From NCBI GenBank assembly GCA_964036045.1, contig OZ038379.1, forward strand, positions 15,996,001-16,060,000: 64,000 nt of DNA, given 5' to 3'. The position numbers and the translations under genes were made by a program. Positions 60,431-64,000 of this stretch are shown piece by piece; the first letter of the stretch is position 1, and each line of letters opens with the position of its first letter. The notes under the pieces were generated by a model. The model was given only the letters and a program-made list of their open reading frames with translations, ran no database searches and was not told where the DNA came from. The DNA is from Eutreptiella sp. 'Long Island Sound 2002' (taxonomy: Eukaryota; Protista; Euglenida).

Positions 60431-62297
60431 AATATTTGGAATTTAGCAGTTCCCTTTTGTAGTTGTCCATGAAGATCGAGTTTTTTCCTGTTGGGGCATG
60501 GGATGGCATATTGGGGTGGCTGCTTACTGTCCTGCCCCGTTTGCCCTCCCCTGTGCCTCCACAGACGTGGTTGTGGGGCCCTCAATGATGGTTCGCTGTG
60601 CTCTCACCGCTTGTGTCTTCTCAGGGTGCCCGGAAGCAACAGGACGCGTTGTTCCCATCATTTGCACTGTCTTTACATTTTTTCTCCTGCAAGAGGGGAG
60701 GGGGAGGGCCACCACTTCTTGGAGCGCAGATCCAGTGCCATGTAGTTGACGCCCCCGCGGCGATGGGGCTGGCACGCCCTTGCCTACGCACAGCGCGCCT
60801 GTGTAATGGTTGCCTGACGGCAATTAACAATGTGAGATTACACGTTTGTAAGCTGAAGGGGCTGGGTCATGCCTGTGCAGAGTAGGTTCTGCTCACGCAA
60901 CATTGTGTTTGATACTGCAACCCAGTTCCATTTATTTTTGATTTACATTTTACCGAATCTGCGGTCACAGGGCCCAACTCCCTCAAGAATTGCCTGCTTG
61001 TCTGCGCATGGGATCCCTGTCTGATGGTCGTTTTCCATGACTTAGGTTGTGTTTGTACATGAGGGAGCGTTGGGGGGGTTTTACATTCCAGAAGCATCTA
61101 CTGGTTTGATGGCACACGTAACACGTTTATCTGTCCACCATCGATCGAGGTGCCATTGAGGTGCCATCATGGCAGCTCTTGCGACAAAGCGATTGCTGCT
61201 GCATTTTCTTGCACACTGCGAGTGTTACCTAGCGTGCCATTTCATTCTGCGGGCTCTCTCCATGGAGGGCCAGCCCAGCGCCTAGTGCACAGGGCTCTGA
61301 GGTTGTTCTGCATGATACACGTGGTGGCACTCACTGTGCTGTTCCGATGGACTGCCGGGCCACGGGGGGGCGCCCAGGTGGAGTCCGTGACCCCCCCCTC
61401 CTGGGGGCCAAAATGTTTAAAAGGTCCCGACCACAGTACAGTCCAATATGGAGAAGTTGGGGGGCGCCGCAGGCGCCGGAAAATTTTGGTGCCCCATTTG
61501 AAGGGGTTGGTAAAACCGGTCACCCCGTGTGTTTATACTCAACATGAGATGAACAACAAGGTTTCCTTGGGGCTGAGTGGACCGGGAGGTGGCTGCACAG
61601 GGTGCGTGGGTCCAAATATTCCCTGGACACCACGGCGGCTCGAAGAAGGGGGTGGTTTTTGGTCCCCCCCCTCTTTGAGGGGCCAAAATGTTTAACGGGT
61701 GTCGGGGTCAACGACTGCACTTGGGCGCCCCCCATGTGCCGGGCATTGCTGCATATGCACACCAGGACGTGCCTGGGAGGCCTGCCTTCGGACCTACTTG
61801 TGGTCAGCATGCAGGGCTCCCTGAGGACTACACGTGGAATGACTGACCGATGCTGTCAAACATCCCCTGCACACTGGCGTTTTGGGCGCCTTGTGTTCCC
61901 ATTCGGCGCCACAAAGTCGCTTCAAATCAAGTGGAACCTGTGGCCGACCTGTCGGTTCTTGCTGCTGTGCATTTCCCCTTCTTCCATCACGTATTTTTTT
62001 TTTTTACTAGATGTGCACTGATTTGCTCCCCTTTGTTGCATGGCCCACCTTTTACATTGATTGGTGCTTTCTTGCGCATTTGCTGTTGTGACATTGACTC
62101 CGCCCAGATCCACCCTGATGCGATTTAGTCTTTTCGACTCTCCCATTTATTCCTGATTCCTTCTTTTCCTGCACACATAAGACATTCGAACCATGATGCA
62201 TGTTTTTTTGATTTTGCTTTGGTGTGGCAATTTTTACCGCGACACCATACCTCTGATTAGAGACATGTCCAGTGTCCTGCAGTGTCCAGTTTCCCTT

Positions 62298-63041
62298 GGG
62301 GGCGCCTCAAGCGCAGTGCGCACGCAGTGCAACTATTTGGCCGTCTGGCCGTATTAGAGACCCATACTTTGAGATACTAGGGTCCCCTAGGGGCATCATG
62401 GTGACCCGTAGCGGAGGTTTTGAGTTCTGATTTTGTCCCCCTTTGTTGGGGACCCCCGAGAATGCAGGAAAAGGAAGCAACCTGATGAACCTCGAACATT
62501 CACCGAGGAGGAGGTGGCAAAAATGAACAAACAAACGGAAGACAAGATCCTGGAGATGTTGCTCCATGTGCATGAGAAAAGCACCGGAGCTCACCCTCTT
62601 GACCCGCAAAAAGATGGTGTTGAGTGGTGGATTAAGCGTTGTGGTGGAACTCGGTCCCTAAGGACGCATATCAGTTATATGGGTATTGATGCCCACTCTG
62701 CCGAGGAGTTTTTGGCTAAAGTATGGGCATGATGATTTACTTCCACGCGAACATTTGTTCCGCTTCTTTTTCTTCCTCAAGCACACTCCACCTCAAAGGT
62801 GTGCTCATCTCCTCTCTGGAGCAACAGGGTGCTCTGAGGAGGCTTGGTGGGCAAGTGTGCATCGTGTTCGCTCTTACTTGAATGGTGTTGTCGCTGAAAT
62901 TCGATGGGCGGGGCAGTTGAGCTGGGGCAGTTTGGGTCACCTAATTCTAAGGGCGTTTCCAAGGGGTGTGCTTGGGGGCTCTTCGGGGGGAACATAGTCT
63001 AAAAGTAGCGCGCAGTGCGCACGCAGTGCAAAGACTCCCCC
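62298..63041 (+). mobile_element. Internally deleted PIF/Harbinger-like DNA transposon (copy 3) retaining the N-terminal part of the transposase
   Basis: GGGGG...CCCCC termini and a 3-bp TSD, CTT (62295-62297 and 63042-63044). The broken internal frame reads ...LLPREHLFRFFFFLKHTPPQRCAHLL...EEAWWASVHRVRSYLNGVVAEIRW, resembling the HTH region of PIF/Harbinger-like transposases. Both ends are homologous to the 11648-12176 copy. Confidence 0.65.
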
Positions 63042-64000
63042 CTTTCACAATGGCTTTTCCATGTGGACTACACTGCTGATGTAGAGCCCAGGAGCCATCC
63101 GAGTACCTTACGGTACTCCCTGACTGGGTTGTACAGAGGCCTGTACCTCGTGCCCCCATTAAAAAGTGCTGCTGTTTCCGCTTTATTGCAACGGGGATTC
63201 TACCTGACACATTGGTTATTTGATTGGTTTGTTATTTCTCACTGTGGCTTGATGTTCCTAGGCAGAAGTGCTTTGTGACTCGGAATCTACATGTTGCATG
63301 TTGAGCTCTCGAGCTATCAATGGTTTTTGGGGGGGGGGGGGGTCATCAGTGGCATGCACAATATTGCCCCGAAGGAGGGTTTTGTCTACCAGCCAGGTTG
63401 CTCCCTGACATTCCTGTTTTATTCCGAGCTCCATTTCTCTCAGTTCGTACATTATAGCATGCAAGTTCATTTGGTTTATACTGGTTGATGTGTCTGCATT
63501 TGCATGACATTCCAGCATGTTCAATGCTCAGATTGTCTGTCCAGATGTTTGCATGCATTGTCAACATAGTTCTATTGCTTTGGGCAATGATCCTGCACGT
63601 GGCTGACCCTGCAATCATCCAAGACAACAGTAGCCTAAATTTGGGCGCTAAGTTGGCAACTGCTCGGAAGAAAAAACTAATTTCTCCATGTGTTGCGATA
63701 CATTTTGCGCGACGGCTTGCGCATGACACTGCTCTTTGACGACCTTTTTGCTATCATTTTTTGTAGTATATTTCACCATGTGATGCAGCTTTGTGTGCTT
63801 GCTCTGTTGCTTCATGTGCGAGGCTTCGCGCATAGAAGAGGATCAAGCAATGTTTTTTTGTGGGTCTCGGTTGGATACAGCTTAAAAAAGTGGCATGCAA
63901 GCACTTGATGGTTCGGAGCTAGTTTCACGGAAAAACAACGACAGCCAAAATAGATCGAACGTGTCATTTTTGGTAAAAAGCAAGGGATTTTGTTGGAAAG

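Noticed and set aside
63045-63750. Continuation of the Harbinger-like transposase beyond 63041
   Set aside because: It lies outside the TSD-defined end, and no convincing DDE motifs were found.

Overview
Eukaryotic nuclear DNA, almost certainly from a photosynthetic euglenid (Euglena/Eutreptiella-like). The evidence is an exact euglenid spliced-leader (SL) sequence, a euglenid-type plastid presequence and GT-AG introns. Recognisable genes are the SRP68 terminal exon, a PP2C with an AT-hook-like tail, tRNA-Gln(CTG), a 3-exon cyclin, a plastid-targeted PP2C, an AlkB-family pseudogene and an animal-type transglutaminase with one frameshift. They sit among decayed pogo, PIF/Harbinger-like and LINE remnants, MITEs and satellites. 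The main finding is a 4.7-kb APE-RT-RNase H non-LTR retroelement (55742-60430). It begins with the full SL, ends in poly(A) and lies inside a perfect 17-bp target-site duplication, so it appears to be a trans-spliced mRNA written back into the genome. A decayed SL also lies 13 nt upstream of the ATG of the intronless plastid PP2C. Together these suggest LINE-driven recycling of SL-capped mRNAs in a euglenid, as known from dinoflagellates. All annotation is by eye; family names are recalled motif matches, not database hits, and boundaries of decayed repeats are approximate.
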